From Bacteroidales bacterium (lineage in GTDB: Bacteria; Bacteroidota; Bacteroidia; Bacteroidales; UBA10428), in contig JBNKPU010000043.1 of the NCBI GenBank assembly GCA_050295515.1, positions 2,398-66,397 on the forward strand: a DNA stretch of 64,000 nt, given 5' to 3'. Below the pieces are notes generated by a model. It did not search any database. It saw only the letters and a program-made list of their open reading frames with translations, and was not told the DNA's origin. Positions 7,753 to 16,260 of the stretch are shown piece by piece. A program made the position numbers and the translations under genes. Each line of letters opens with the position of its first letter. The stretch's first letter is position 1.

Positions 7753-9513
7753 GTGAAATCTTCTGGTTTAGTCGTTTTACAGGATCTGACTTATAAACAT
7801 AGAATGATTGAATTTAAAGAAACCGGATTAGCTCCAGAAATACTGGATGCTATTGCCAAAATGGGCTTTGTAAACCCCACTCCTGTTCAGGAAAAAACTA
7901 TTCCTGCATTACTTGAAACAAAAAATGATCTTGTAGCACTGGCACAGACAGGAACAGGAAAAACTGCAGCATTTGGTCTGCCTGTTTTACAACTTATTGA
8001 TACCAAGAACCAAAACATACAGTCCATTGTATTGTGTCCTACCCGAGAATTATGCTTACAAATTACCCGGGACATCGAGAATTTCTCAAAATTCATGAAA
8101 GGATTCAAGGTTGTTGCTGTATACGGTGGTGCTCCCATTGTTGGTCAAATCAGAGATTTGAAAAAAGGTGCCCAAATGGTTGTTGGAACACCAGGAAGGG
8201 TAGTTGACCTGATAAAAAGAAAAGTACTCAAATTACAACATGTCCAATGGCTTGTTCTTGATGAGGCAGATGAAATGCTAAACATGGGCTTCAAAGATGA
8301 TCTCGATACTATATTAATTGAAACTCCAACAGAAAGACAAACATTGCTTTTTTCGGCCACCATGCCCAAAGAGATTGAGCGCATTGCATCAAATTACATG
8401 CATGAGCCAGATAAAATCTCGATTGGCAAAAGGAACGAAGGAGCACTAAATGTTAGTCATGAGTACTATATGGTGCATGCTAAGCACAGATATGAAACTT
8501 TGAAACGTATTGCTGATATGAATCCCCAGATATATGGTATTGTATTTTGCCGTACACGGGCTGAGACGAAAGAGGTAGCAGACAAATTCATGCAAGACGG
8601 TTATAATGCTGATGCCTTGCATGGTGACTTATCTCAAGCACAGCGCGACCATGTTATGGGTAGATTCCGCTCAAAACACCTGCAAATATTGGTAGCGACC
8701 GATGTAGCTGCACGTGGACTTGATGTAAATGACCTTACTCACGTTATTAATTATAACCTCCCTGATGATTTAGAGGTTTATGTACACCGCAGTGGAAGGA
8801 CAGGAAGAGCTGGAAAAAGTGGTGTATCTATCTCTATCATTCATACCCGTGAAGTAAGTAAAATTCGTAGTCTGGGAAAAATGTTGCGTAAAGATATTGA
8901 ACGCAAAAATGTACCAGGTGGAGAAGAAATTTGCGAGAAGCAGCTTTTTAACCTAATCGACAAGGTCGAAAAAGTAGAGGTTGACGAAAAACTCATAGGT
9001 CAATACATGCCAGACATATACAAAAAGCTTGAATGGCTTGAACGTGAGGATCTTATCAAACATTTCGTTTCGGTTGAATTCAACCGGTTTTTAAATTATT
9101 ACAAAAATGCCCCTGACTTAAATGTTAAGGCCAATGAGAGAGAAAGGGTACGTGGAGAAAGAGACGATAAACCTGGCAGAAGAGTAAGCAATGCAAAATT
9201 CCAACGTTTCCATATTAATGTTGGTTCTAATCATAACATAAATGCAGGCCATATAATTGGGATGATCAATGATTTTAATCCTCGACTTAAGATTGAAATT
9301 GGTAAAATAGATATACTCCGTAATTTCTCTTTCTTCGATGCTGATGCTGAATATAAGGGACAGATTTTACAATCGTTTGCTGATGCTCATTTGGGTGATA
9401 CTGAGCTGAAAGTAAGCCTCTCGAAACCCGATAATAAACAAAGAAAAGATTTCAGCAGGGACAACTCAAATGCTGATTTTGCACGCATGCGTAAACGTAA
9501 AAAGAAAAGATAG
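7753..9513 (+). CDS. DEAD-box ATP-dependent RNA helicase with DbpA-like C-terminal RNA-binding domain
   Basis: Q motif, AQTGTGKT (motif I), DEAD, SAT and HRSGRTGRAG motifs, plus a basic C-terminal tail. The likely true start is ATG 7804 (MIEFKETGL). Confidence 0.95.
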   Translation: MKSSGLVVLQDLTYKHRMIEFKETGLAPEILDAIAKMGFVNPTPVQEKTIPALLETKNDLVALAQTGTGKTAAFGLPVLQLIDTKNQNIQSIVLCPTRELCLQITRDIENFSKFMKGFKVVAVYGGAPIVGQIRDLKKGAQMVVGTPGRVVDLIKRKVLKLQHVQWLVLDEADEMLNMGFKDDLDTILIETPTERQTLLFSATMPKEIERIASNYMHEPDKISIGKRNEGALNVSHEYYMVHAKHRYETLKRIADMNPQIYGIVFCRTRAETKEVADKFMQDGYNADALHGDLSQAQRDHVMGRFRSKHLQILVATDVAARGLDVNDLTHVINYNLPDDLEVYVHRSGRTGRAGKSGVSISIIHTREVSKIRSLGKMLRKDIERKNVPGGEEICEKQLFNLIDKVEKVEVDEKLIGQYMPDIYKKLEWLEREDLIKHFVSVEFNRFLNYYKNAPDLNVKANERERVRGERDDKPGRRVSNAKFQRFHINVGSNHNINAGHIIGMINDFNPRLKIEIGKIDILRNFSFFDADAEYKGQILQSFADAHLGDTELKVSLSKPDNKQRKDFSRDNSNADFARMRKRKKKR

Positions 9514-9559
9514 TTGTTTTTCCTACATGAGCTTATTGATGCCCATGCTGATTTAGAAT

Positions 9560-9599
9560 AAAAAAATCCTTCGTAGTATCTAAGGATACTACTGAAGGA
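9560..9599. terminator. Hairpin terminator between the convergent helicase gene and the minus-strand cluster
   Basis: Stem tccttcgtagtatc / gatactactgaagga with a 4-nt loop. It is flanked by an A run on the plus strand, which reads as a T run for minus-strand transcripts. Confidence 0.55.
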
Positions 9600-9671
9600 C
9601 TTATAAATAGGAGGAAAAAATTGTGACTTGATTAAACTGAATCTACATTCAGTTAGAATTAACCTTTTAAA

Positions 9672-10103
9672 TTAAAGCAGTACACATCGGCTCAATACAA
9701 CACCCATGATCATATCGTAGCCATCGCATTGCCCTTTTATTTCTACTTTATCACCTTTTTGTATTTGTACAAGCTTTTCGTGGTATTTAACCATCGATAG
9801 GCTATCAAATGCACAACTAATGCCTTCCATTTCATCTAAAATGGTAAGTGATGCACTATTAGAACTCACATTAATATCGACAACTTCCCCAGAAATTTGA
9901 ATTACCTTATTGCCGTATTTTTCATAGCTGACATTTTCGTCGCTTGAAAATTCGATCACCAAGTCTTCTGCATTTAAAACGTATGCAGGTTTTTCTTTAG
10001 CCACATTCCTGTGAGGTTTATGAAAAACATACATGTACGTACCAGCTGCAGATAAAACTCCAACCCCAAAAAGGATCAATCCAATTTTAACTATCTTTTT
10101 CAT
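9672..10103 (-). CDS. Membrane-anchored OB-fold (tRNA_anti-like) protein of unknown function
   Basis: N-terminal TM helix followed by a roughly 110-aa domain resembling the Bacteroidota tRNA_anti-like OB-fold family (recalled from memory, not searched). Confidence 0.55.
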   Translation of the reverse strand: MKKIVKIGLILFGVGVLSAAGTYMYVFHKPHRNVAKEKPAYVLNAEDLVIEFSSDENVSYEKYGNKVIQISGEVVDINVSSNSASLTILDEMEGISCAFDSLSMVKYHEKLVQIQKGDKVEIKGQCDGYDMIMGVVLSRCVLL

Positions 10104-10120
10104 AATTCTTGTTATAAATA

Positions 10121-10717
10121 TTATAATGCATTATAGTCAAAGCGTATTTCTAACAGGATGTCATCATTAATCCTGTCCTTATAACTTTCTTCGACAGTTA
10201 TTTTATAGTTCTCAAGGGAAACTTTTGTCTCGGCTGTTGCCAGCAATTTTGTTCCCTTAACAACAAGAGAGCCTTTTAGAATTTCTTTGCGCGTTTCTCC
10301 ATGCATAGTAAGGTCACCTTCAATTGTTATCGGATATGTACCATCCTTTTTAATATTGACAGAACTGAAATTGGTAATTTTTCCTTTAAACTGAGATTTT
10401 GGAAACTTTTCTGATTGCATATAGTTCTCATTGAAATGTTCTTCAACAAGCGCTTCTTTGAATTTGAAAGACCGTACTAAGGTTGAAGCAACAACATCAC
10501 CTGTTTCGGCATTTAAAATACTGGCGACTTTTTGATTTTTCGCCTCAATAGTAAATAGTGAAGTTTCAGAGAAAATATCTATTGTACCTTCTTTAGTAAT
10601 ATATTTTTGTGCATTAACGGCAGAAAAACCTAATGCCAAAACTGCGAATATTAGAACTGCTTTTTTCATAATATGTAATTTTAACGGATTAAAAATAAAA
10701 TAAGAATTAGTGAGCAA
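10121..10717 (-). CDS. YceI-family (polyisoprenoid-binding lipocalin-like) periplasmic protein
   Basis: Signal peptide and YceI-like pattern (IDIFSETSLFTIEAKN...LTMHGETRE...). The likely start is MKKAVLIF at 10669. Confidence 0.85.
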   Translation of the reverse strand: MLTNSYFIFNPLKLHIMKKAVLIFAVLALGFSAVNAQKYITKEGTIDIFSETSLFTIEAKNQKVASILNAETGDVVASTLVRSFKFKEALVEEHFNENYMQSEKFPKSQFKGKITNFSSVNIKKDGTYPITIEGDLTMHGETRKEILKGSLVVKGTKLLATAETKVSLENYKITVEESYKDRINDDILLEIRFDYNAL

Positions 10718-11603
10718 CTCCGCCTATTGCGAATACTCTTGAAATATTGAACCCAAAGAATATGTCAAAATTTGTCCAGGATCCAGTTGTACTTGAAATG
10801 AAACCACTTTCTTCCATCATTTGTGTGTTGGAAAGGAACAATTGGAACACATGTCCACCAGTTTCCAGGTCAACTCCAACAGAAAGTGGATTATAATAAG
10901 ATTCGCTAGCAGCAGTATGGCTTGCCCAGAAATATTCACCGGTTACAGCCAACCTACGTGTTACTTTATATCTTCCACCTATACCTACAGAAAAAATGTT
11001 GTTTTCCTCATCAAATTCAACCAGGTTTCGGTGAACATATGTAGGCATAAGCTGCAATGAAAGCTTCTCGTTAAACTTACGTGCAATTAGAAATTGGAAA
11101 GTATAGGAAAGCCTATGGGCAAAAACAGAATCGATAAGTTCATCTGTATTTACTGTTCCATTTGCAGCAACATTAGAATAAAACGAAACTGCTACAGGAA
11201 TATTTATAGACCCGGTCGTTTGACGCAATAAAGTAAACTTTGCTGAGCCATCAATAGTTTTATTGTAGGTACTCCTTCTTAGGCCAACCATAATCCTATC
11301 GGTTATACCATAACCGAAGTCAAGACTGATAAGGGCATTGTCAAGTCCCCAGAATTCTTCATATCCAGAATTAATTTGACCAAACCGGTGGTTTACCCTG
11401 AAATCGAGTTGCCTTGAAACCATACGCTCGATAGTATGGCTGTTTATAATATGTGTGGCTTTAAAGGTATAAGCCACTTCCATTGATTCATCTCCAACTT
11501 CATCCTCAAGCATGCTCATTAGGTCATCGTCTTGGGCAAAAAGAGATAAAGAACCAAATATGAATATTATAGCTATTATATGTTTTAAGAAATCCATGTT
11601 CAT
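10707..11603 (-). CDS. Predicted outer-membrane beta-barrel protein (DUF5777-like)
   Basis: Signal peptide, alternating beta-strand pattern and aromatic-rich segments. Resembles the DUF5777 barrel family often found next to YceI genes (from memory). Confidence 0.65.
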   Translation of the reverse strand: MNMDFLKHIIAIIFIFGSLSLFAQDDDLMSMLEDEVGDESMEVAYTFKATHIINSHTIERMVSRQLDFRVNHRFGQINSGYEEFWGLDNALISLDFGYGITDRIMVGLRRSTYNKTIDGSAKFTLLRQTTGSINIPVAVSFYSNVAANGTVNTDELIDSVFAHRLSYTFQFLIARKFNEKLSLQLMPTYVHRNLVEFDEENNIFSVGIGGRYKVTRRLAVTGEYFWASHTAASESYYNPLSVGVDLETGGHVFQLFLSNTQMMEESGFISSTTGSWTNFDIFFGFNISRVFAIGGVAH

Positions 11604-11613
11604 ATGTTTTTAA

Positions 11614-12027
11614 TTAGTTATCTAAAGCACCTTGGTTTATCCATTCCAGGATATATTCAACATCTACATTATTCGAATATTTGCTCATACTACCATCTTT
11701 TACTTCCTCATATAGTTTGCTGTTTTCAGGATCAGCAACATCTATATATCCTCCCCCTGTTAGTTCTAAATAAGCACTTTCTTCTGATAAATTTGGTGGA
11801 GTTTTACCAGCGTGACAATCAATACATGCTTTTCCCCGACCAGTAAGATCTCTTCCGACACTTTCCCCATTAAAAATTGGGATTATATGTTCTGAAAAGC
11901 TTATTACTTCAGGTAAATCAGGTTCAATTGGCTCCGGGCGTTGTTCATTTTCGCAGGAAACAACAACTATGAACAAAAATGAACATGCTATATGCAGTAA
12001 ATACTTTTTCATCCTAATTCCTGTCAT
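11614..12027 (-). CDS. Small lipoprotein c-type cytochrome (single CxxCH)
   Basis: Lipobox (VVVSC) and heme-c motif CIDCH in the context GKACIDCHAGKTPPNL. Confidence 0.7.
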   Translation of the reverse strand: MTGIRMKKYLLHIACSFLFIVVVSCENEQRPEPIEPDLPEVISFSEHIIPIFNGESVGRDLTGRGKACIDCHAGKTPPNLSEESAYLELTGGGYIDVADPENSKLYEEVKDGSMSKYSNNVDVEYILEWINQGALDN

Positions 12028-13307
12028 AATTCTTTGCTTTTAAATACAAGTTCAATTTCAGATGCACCCACATAGTTAATCTCATCATTGTCCGATAATT
12101 GAATGGATAATGTATAGGTTTTATCAGGTGAAAAGCTTACATCGCCATTATCTGTTGCTTTAAGTTTTCTTTTAAATAGAACCTGATAATTAGAATTTCT
12201 GGTTTGAATTCCCCCAACTATGATATTACTTATAGCATTTACTTCGATTTGTTCGGGTTGTTCCAATACATAGCCAGGCGATCCAGCAATTCCACGCAAG
12301 AATGTAATCAGATTTTCAGTCTTGACAGAATCATCCTTATATCTGCCCCAGTATTGGTCTCCAGAACCTTCGTGTTCAGAAGAAATGATAAACTCTTTAA
12401 GTCCTTCTCTTGAATATTTATTCAGGAATTCACCATTCAATGACTCTACAGGATATTCAGCATCACTTACATCGCCATTTGTTCCATGACAGTAATTGCA
12501 ATTTCCTACATTATTAAAGAGATTTTGACCTGTTTGCACATTACCTAAAGATACTGATTTATAGTCATCCAGCAAATAATATGCAGGATCCAATATCCTG
12601 GTTGCACCTTCAGAGGTTGTCAACTGTTGTGTAATGCCATTCCACTCGTACAGAGGACCAACTCTGGAACCTTCAGAATCAGCATTTCTATAAGCCGGAA
12701 TTTCAAATTCATCCAATATACCATTTGCATCAGCATTTAGATTTAGTGCCATATCAAATGGAGCGGTATAAGCCAGGCTCCATCGCCAGGCATCTTTTCC
12801 GGAAGCATCTTCTTGGTCAAAAAGTAAGGTCACATTATCCTGGTTTTTTTGTGAAGTCCATCCTCCGGTTGAGTCATCCTTGTATTTATCTTCTGGTCCA
12901 TCATATTTCCAGGTCATATAAGAAGCGTTGGCTGTGGTGTCTTTCCATTCAACGAGGATGTATAAGTAAGTGTCATCATAGCCTGCTTTGATAGTTGCTT
13001 GTGGATCATTGCCTTTATTAAAGGTAGACAATCCTCTGTATGTTCCGGTCATATTCAGGAAACCATCACCATACAAATTGTTCTTTTCGAGATCAGAAAG
13101 AGCTATTTCTACATAACTAGCATTTTTCCAATAGTTGGAACTCAATTTATCTTGGGGAATCCAAAAGTATTGGGCCTCAAGTTGTTCTGTTGCTTTTGAG
13201 GTATTTGGTATGTACCCCTTGGGAGGTATTCTTTTTTCTGATTCGCAACCAAATAAAACAGCAACAAGTAACAACAAAATTGAGAGATTTGTCAATAATG
13301 TTTTCAT
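12024..13307 (-). CDS. Lipoprotein with EB_dh/DOMON-like heme-binding domain plus a c-type cytochrome domain
   Basis: Lipobox (LFGC). Region GYDDTYLYILVEWKD...DAWRWS resembles the ethylbenzene-dehydrogenase gamma-like heme domain. CNYCH heme-c motif downstream. Overlaps the next gene by 4 nt. Confidence 0.7.
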   Translation of the reverse strand: MKTLLTNLSILLLLVAVLFGCESEKRIPPKGYIPNTSKATEQLEAQYFWIPQDKLSSNYWKNASYVEIALSDLEKNNLYGDGFLNMTGTYRGLSTFNKGNDPQATIKAGYDDTYLYILVEWKDTTANASYMTWKYDGPEDKYKDDSTGGWTSQKNQDNVTLLFDQEDASGKDAWRWSLAYTAPFDMALNLNADANGILDEFEIPAYRNADSEGSRVGPLYEWNGITQQLTTSEGATRILDPAYYLLDDYKSVSLGNVQTGQNLFNNVGNCNYCHGTNGDVSDAEYPVESLNGEFLNKYSREGLKEFIISSEHEGSGDQYWGRYKDDSVKTENLITFLRGIAGSPGYVLEQPEQIEVNAISNIIVGGIQTRNSNYQVLFKRKLKATDNGDVSFSPDKTYTLSIQLSDNDEINYVGASEIELVFKSKEL

Positions 13308-13399
13308 TTTCCTCCTTAGTTTATTAATCCGTAAACAGTCTCCTATTCCTGTATACGGTGATATTTTATTGAGGTATAGATTGATTGGAAGGATTTACA

Positions 13400-13435
13400 A
13401 AAAGTGAAGAGTCCTGAACAAAATTCAGGACTCTT
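13400..13435 (-). terminator. Hairpin terminator after the 13452..14558 gene
   Basis: Stem aagagtcctgaa / ttcaggactctt with a 5-nt loop, and a T-rich tract on the minus strand shortly after. Confidence 0.55.
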
Positions 13436-13451
13436 TTATTGGTATAAAAAA

Positions 13452-14558
13452 TTATGCTGGGGCGTTATATTGTACAGATAATTTTAGTATTACATCTGAA
13501 TCCCCAATATGACTACTGCTTACACCGAAATCGGCATCTGCAGCAAATTTGAACGTTCCGTAAAAACTAACATAATCTGTCAATGTACCCTTATTGTCTT
13601 TTTGATAACCTTCAAGATAAGTAAAATAAAGGGTTACCTCTTTGGTTACACCAGCAAATGTTAAGTCACCTTTAGCAGCATATCCAGTTCCATAAGGTGT
13701 AACACTTGTTGATTCGAATGTGGCTGCACCAGTTGAACCACTAATAGCTTTTTGCTTTTGGTAGCTAGTTGTTGAACTACCATTACCCCAAAGGTCATAA
13801 TCTTCAAGAGTTTCATCTGGCCAGTTTGTAAATTCTTCGCCAGCAGGTGAATAAGCTGATACTGTATCAGCTGCATTTTTTTCAACTTTAAATGTACGCT
13901 GGATACATCCGGTAATGCCGTCACGACCATGACCACCTGGAGGCGAAGGAGCTCCTGTTTCAATACTAGTCAGGTCAACCCATGCCTTAATTGATGTTGC
14001 TGTTGGATTAGCTTCGTCAAATACCAGCTCATCAATTCCAAAATTTCCGAAGATTCCTGCAAATACTGAATTTATACCATCGTAAGGAAATTCAAACTTA
14101 ACAGTCGAATGGGTAACATCCAGAGTCCATTCAGAAGCATCGAACGTCACATTTCCTCCAGAAACTGCACCAGCCATAGCTATGTCAGCAGTGGCATCAG
14201 CATTTACACTTACTTCTTGCTCAACACCAGTAAGAATTACTGCACCAGCAGATTTCGTCATGTTGTTGGTATTGCTTGGATTGTAAGTTGCATTGACATA
14301 ATAAGTACCTCCAGCTACACCCATGAATGAATATACACCAGATGCATCGGCAACAGTTTTTGCAATTACGTTTGCTGCATTAGGAGCATCACTTAATGTA
14401 ACAATAGCTCCATCGGCTAAAACTCCTTCAGATACTGAGACAGTACCACTTACTTTGTAATATTTGGCACCTTCATCATCTCCGTTACAGTTGGCGAGCA
14501 TTATAACGATGCTCAGTCCAGCTATAATTTTTGTTAGATATAAAATTGTTTTTTTCAT
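13452..14558 (-). CDS. Lipoprotein: carboxypeptidase-regulatory-like N-domain fused to a YceI-like domain
   Basis: Lipobox (MLANC). The N-terminal Ig-like/CarboxypepD_reg pattern is GTVSVSEG...DASGVYSF...GTYYV. The C-terminal half has YceI-like strands (HSTVKFEF...DLTFAGVTKEVTL). Confidence 0.7.
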   Translation of the reverse strand: MKKTILYLTKIIAGLSIVIMLANCNGDDEGAKYYKVSGTVSVSEGVLADGAIVTLSDAPNAANVIAKTVADASGVYSFMGVAGGTYYVNATYNPSNTNNMTKSAGAVILTGVEQEVSVNADATADIAMAGAVSGGNVTFDASEWTLDVTHSTVKFEFPYDGINSVFAGIFGNFGIDELVFDEANPTATSIKAWVDLTSIETGAPSPPGGHGRDGITGCIQRTFKVEKNAADTVSAYSPAGEEFTNWPDETLEDYDLWGNGSSTTSYQKQKAISGSTGAATFESTSVTPYGTGYAAKGDLTFAGVTKEVTLYFTYLEGYQKDNKGTLTDYVSFYGTFKFAADADFGVSSSHIGDSDVILKLSVQYNAPA

Positions 14559-14704
14559 TATACTGATAATCTTTGTGAAACAAATAATTAATTATAAGCA
14601 ATTATACATATTCTCACACTTATATATCTAGATTTATGGTTGATATAAGATATCCTTACTATTGATTGTCCACACACAAATTGTTCCATAACGCATCATA
14701 CAAG

Positions 14705-14718
14705 TTGATATTCATCAA
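14705..14718. promoter_or_regulatory. Perfect FNR-type box TTGAT-N4-ATCAA
   Basis: The sequence ttgatattcatcaa lies in the divergent intergenic region. It is 84 nt upstream of the FNR-like ATG and about 150 nt upstream of the 14558 start. Confidence 0.6.
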
Positions 14719-14801
14719 TATAATTAATGATAAATATTCGCTCGTTTAGATTGTTTTTAATACTTTTATACAGATTAATCTAACCTTTTCCAGGATTTCT
14801 A

Positions 14802-15503
14802 ATGAATACAATATCAACTAAAATAGAATCAGGATGTACACTGTGTGATCGAAAGGCAGAGTGTTTTAAATTTCTTACAAAAAGTGAGCTTGAGCTTTTC
14901 AATGAATGTAAAAGCACAGTACATTATAAGAAGGGAGAAACTATCATAAAACAAGGTACTGAATTTACCCATGTTGTTTCATTCAATGCTGGTCTTGCAA
15001 AACTTAATGTTGAAGTTGGCCAGAACAAAAATGTTATGATTGGCCTAATTAAACCATCAGAAATATTAGGAGGTCCTGGTATGTTCGAAAAAAACAGGTA
15101 CTCGTTTTCAGTTTCAGCTCTTACAGATTCTTCGATATGCCTAATTAACGTAGAGGTATTTAAAAGAATGATATCTATTAATGAAAAATTTGCGGAGACT
15201 TTTCTTGCAAGTTTTTCCAGCCGCTATACCGAAGCAATAAACAGACTGGTTAGTATGTCGCACAAACATATTAACGGTCGTGTTGCTGAAGCTTTGCTCT
15301 ATTTTTCGCGTGAGATATACAATGAACCTGTCTACGAATTGCCCATGACCCGGCAAGAACTTGCTGAATATACCGGAACATCAAAAGAGAGTATCAGCCG
15401 TATTTTCAGGGATTTTCAAACAGATAGCCTTATTGAAGTTAATGGCCGAGTAATTAAAATTCTTGAAAAGGATAAACTAAACGAGCTTATGTTAAAGGGC
15501 TAA
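14802..15503 (+). CDS. FNR-type Crp/Fnr regulator (candidate [4Fe-4S] oxygen sensor)
   Basis: C12-x2-C15-x5-C21 plus C113 mirrors E. coli FNR C20/C23/C29/C122. The recognition helix carries E-x-x-S-R (KESISRIF). Confidence 0.85.
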   Translation: MNTISTKIESGCTLCDRKAECFKFLTKSELELFNECKSTVHYKKGETIIKQGTEFTHVVSFNAGLAKLNVEVGQNKNVMIGLIKPSEILGGPGMFEKNRYSFSVSALTDSSICLINVEVFKRMISINEKFAETFLASFSSRYTEAINRLVSMSHKHINGRVAEALLYFSREIYNEPVYELPMTRQELAEYTGTSKESISRIFRDFQTDSLIEVNGRVIKILEKDKLNELMLKG

Positions 15504-15581
15504 CTTTCCAAAATGTAATAAGCATTACCAACCCATTGCTTTATGCTAAGATTAGAAGGTGAAGCAGTAATAGCTCTCTAA

Positions 15582-16121
15582 TTAGCTGTAATGTATGAGC
15601 GAGCTGATATCAAAATCATCGCCTATAGCATCTCTCCCACATAAAAAATCCAGTTCAACTATATAATTGAGATATATTTCCTTTGGTTTAAAATTCTTCA
15701 ACAGTTTAAGTGCAGCGATTGTTGTTCCACCTGTAGCCAATAAATCATCATGGAGCAACACTGTTTCTCCAGGTTCAATGGCATCTTTATGAATTTCAAT
15801 TGAATCCTCGCCATATTCGAGGGTATAATTAACAGTGAATTTATCTGAAGGAAGCTTACCAGCTTTACGTAAAGGAACAAAACCCGCTCCAATTCTTGCT
15901 GCAAGTGCTCCTCCAAGAATAAAACCTCGCGATTCAATACCTACAACTTTTGTGATTTCCCTACCACTGTACATCGTTGTTAACTCATCCAGTAAATATG
16001 CAAAAATATCTTGCTGCTTAAATGCTGTTGTCAAATCTTTAAATTGAATTCCTTTTTTAGGATAATCAGGTATATTCCTGATGGAATTCTTTACATCCTC
16101 CATTGAAAGTAACTGTTCCAT
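15582..16121 (-). CDS. apt: Adenine phosphoribosyltransferase
   Basis: 179 aa with typical Apt sequence (IPDYPKKGIQFKD...VLLHDDLLATGGT). Confidence 0.95.
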   Translation of the reverse strand: MEQLLSMEDVKNSIRNIPDYPKKGIQFKDLTTAFKQQDIFAYLLDELTTMYSGREITKVVGIESRGFILGGALAARIGAGFVPLRKAGKLPSDKFTVNYTLEYGEDSIEIHKDAIEPGETVLLHDDLLATGGTTIAALKLLKNFKPKEIYLNYIVELDFLCGRDAIGDDFDISSLIHYS

Positions 16122-16260
16122 AATTTTAATAAATATGTCCTAATCTCAAAAGATTATTTAAAGTATTCAGGGAATAAAAATAATCAACGTTTTATAACTT
16201 TTAATCAATTTGCTTTTAATTGTCTTGAATTATGTAGAAAATTGAATAAAAATAGGAAAT

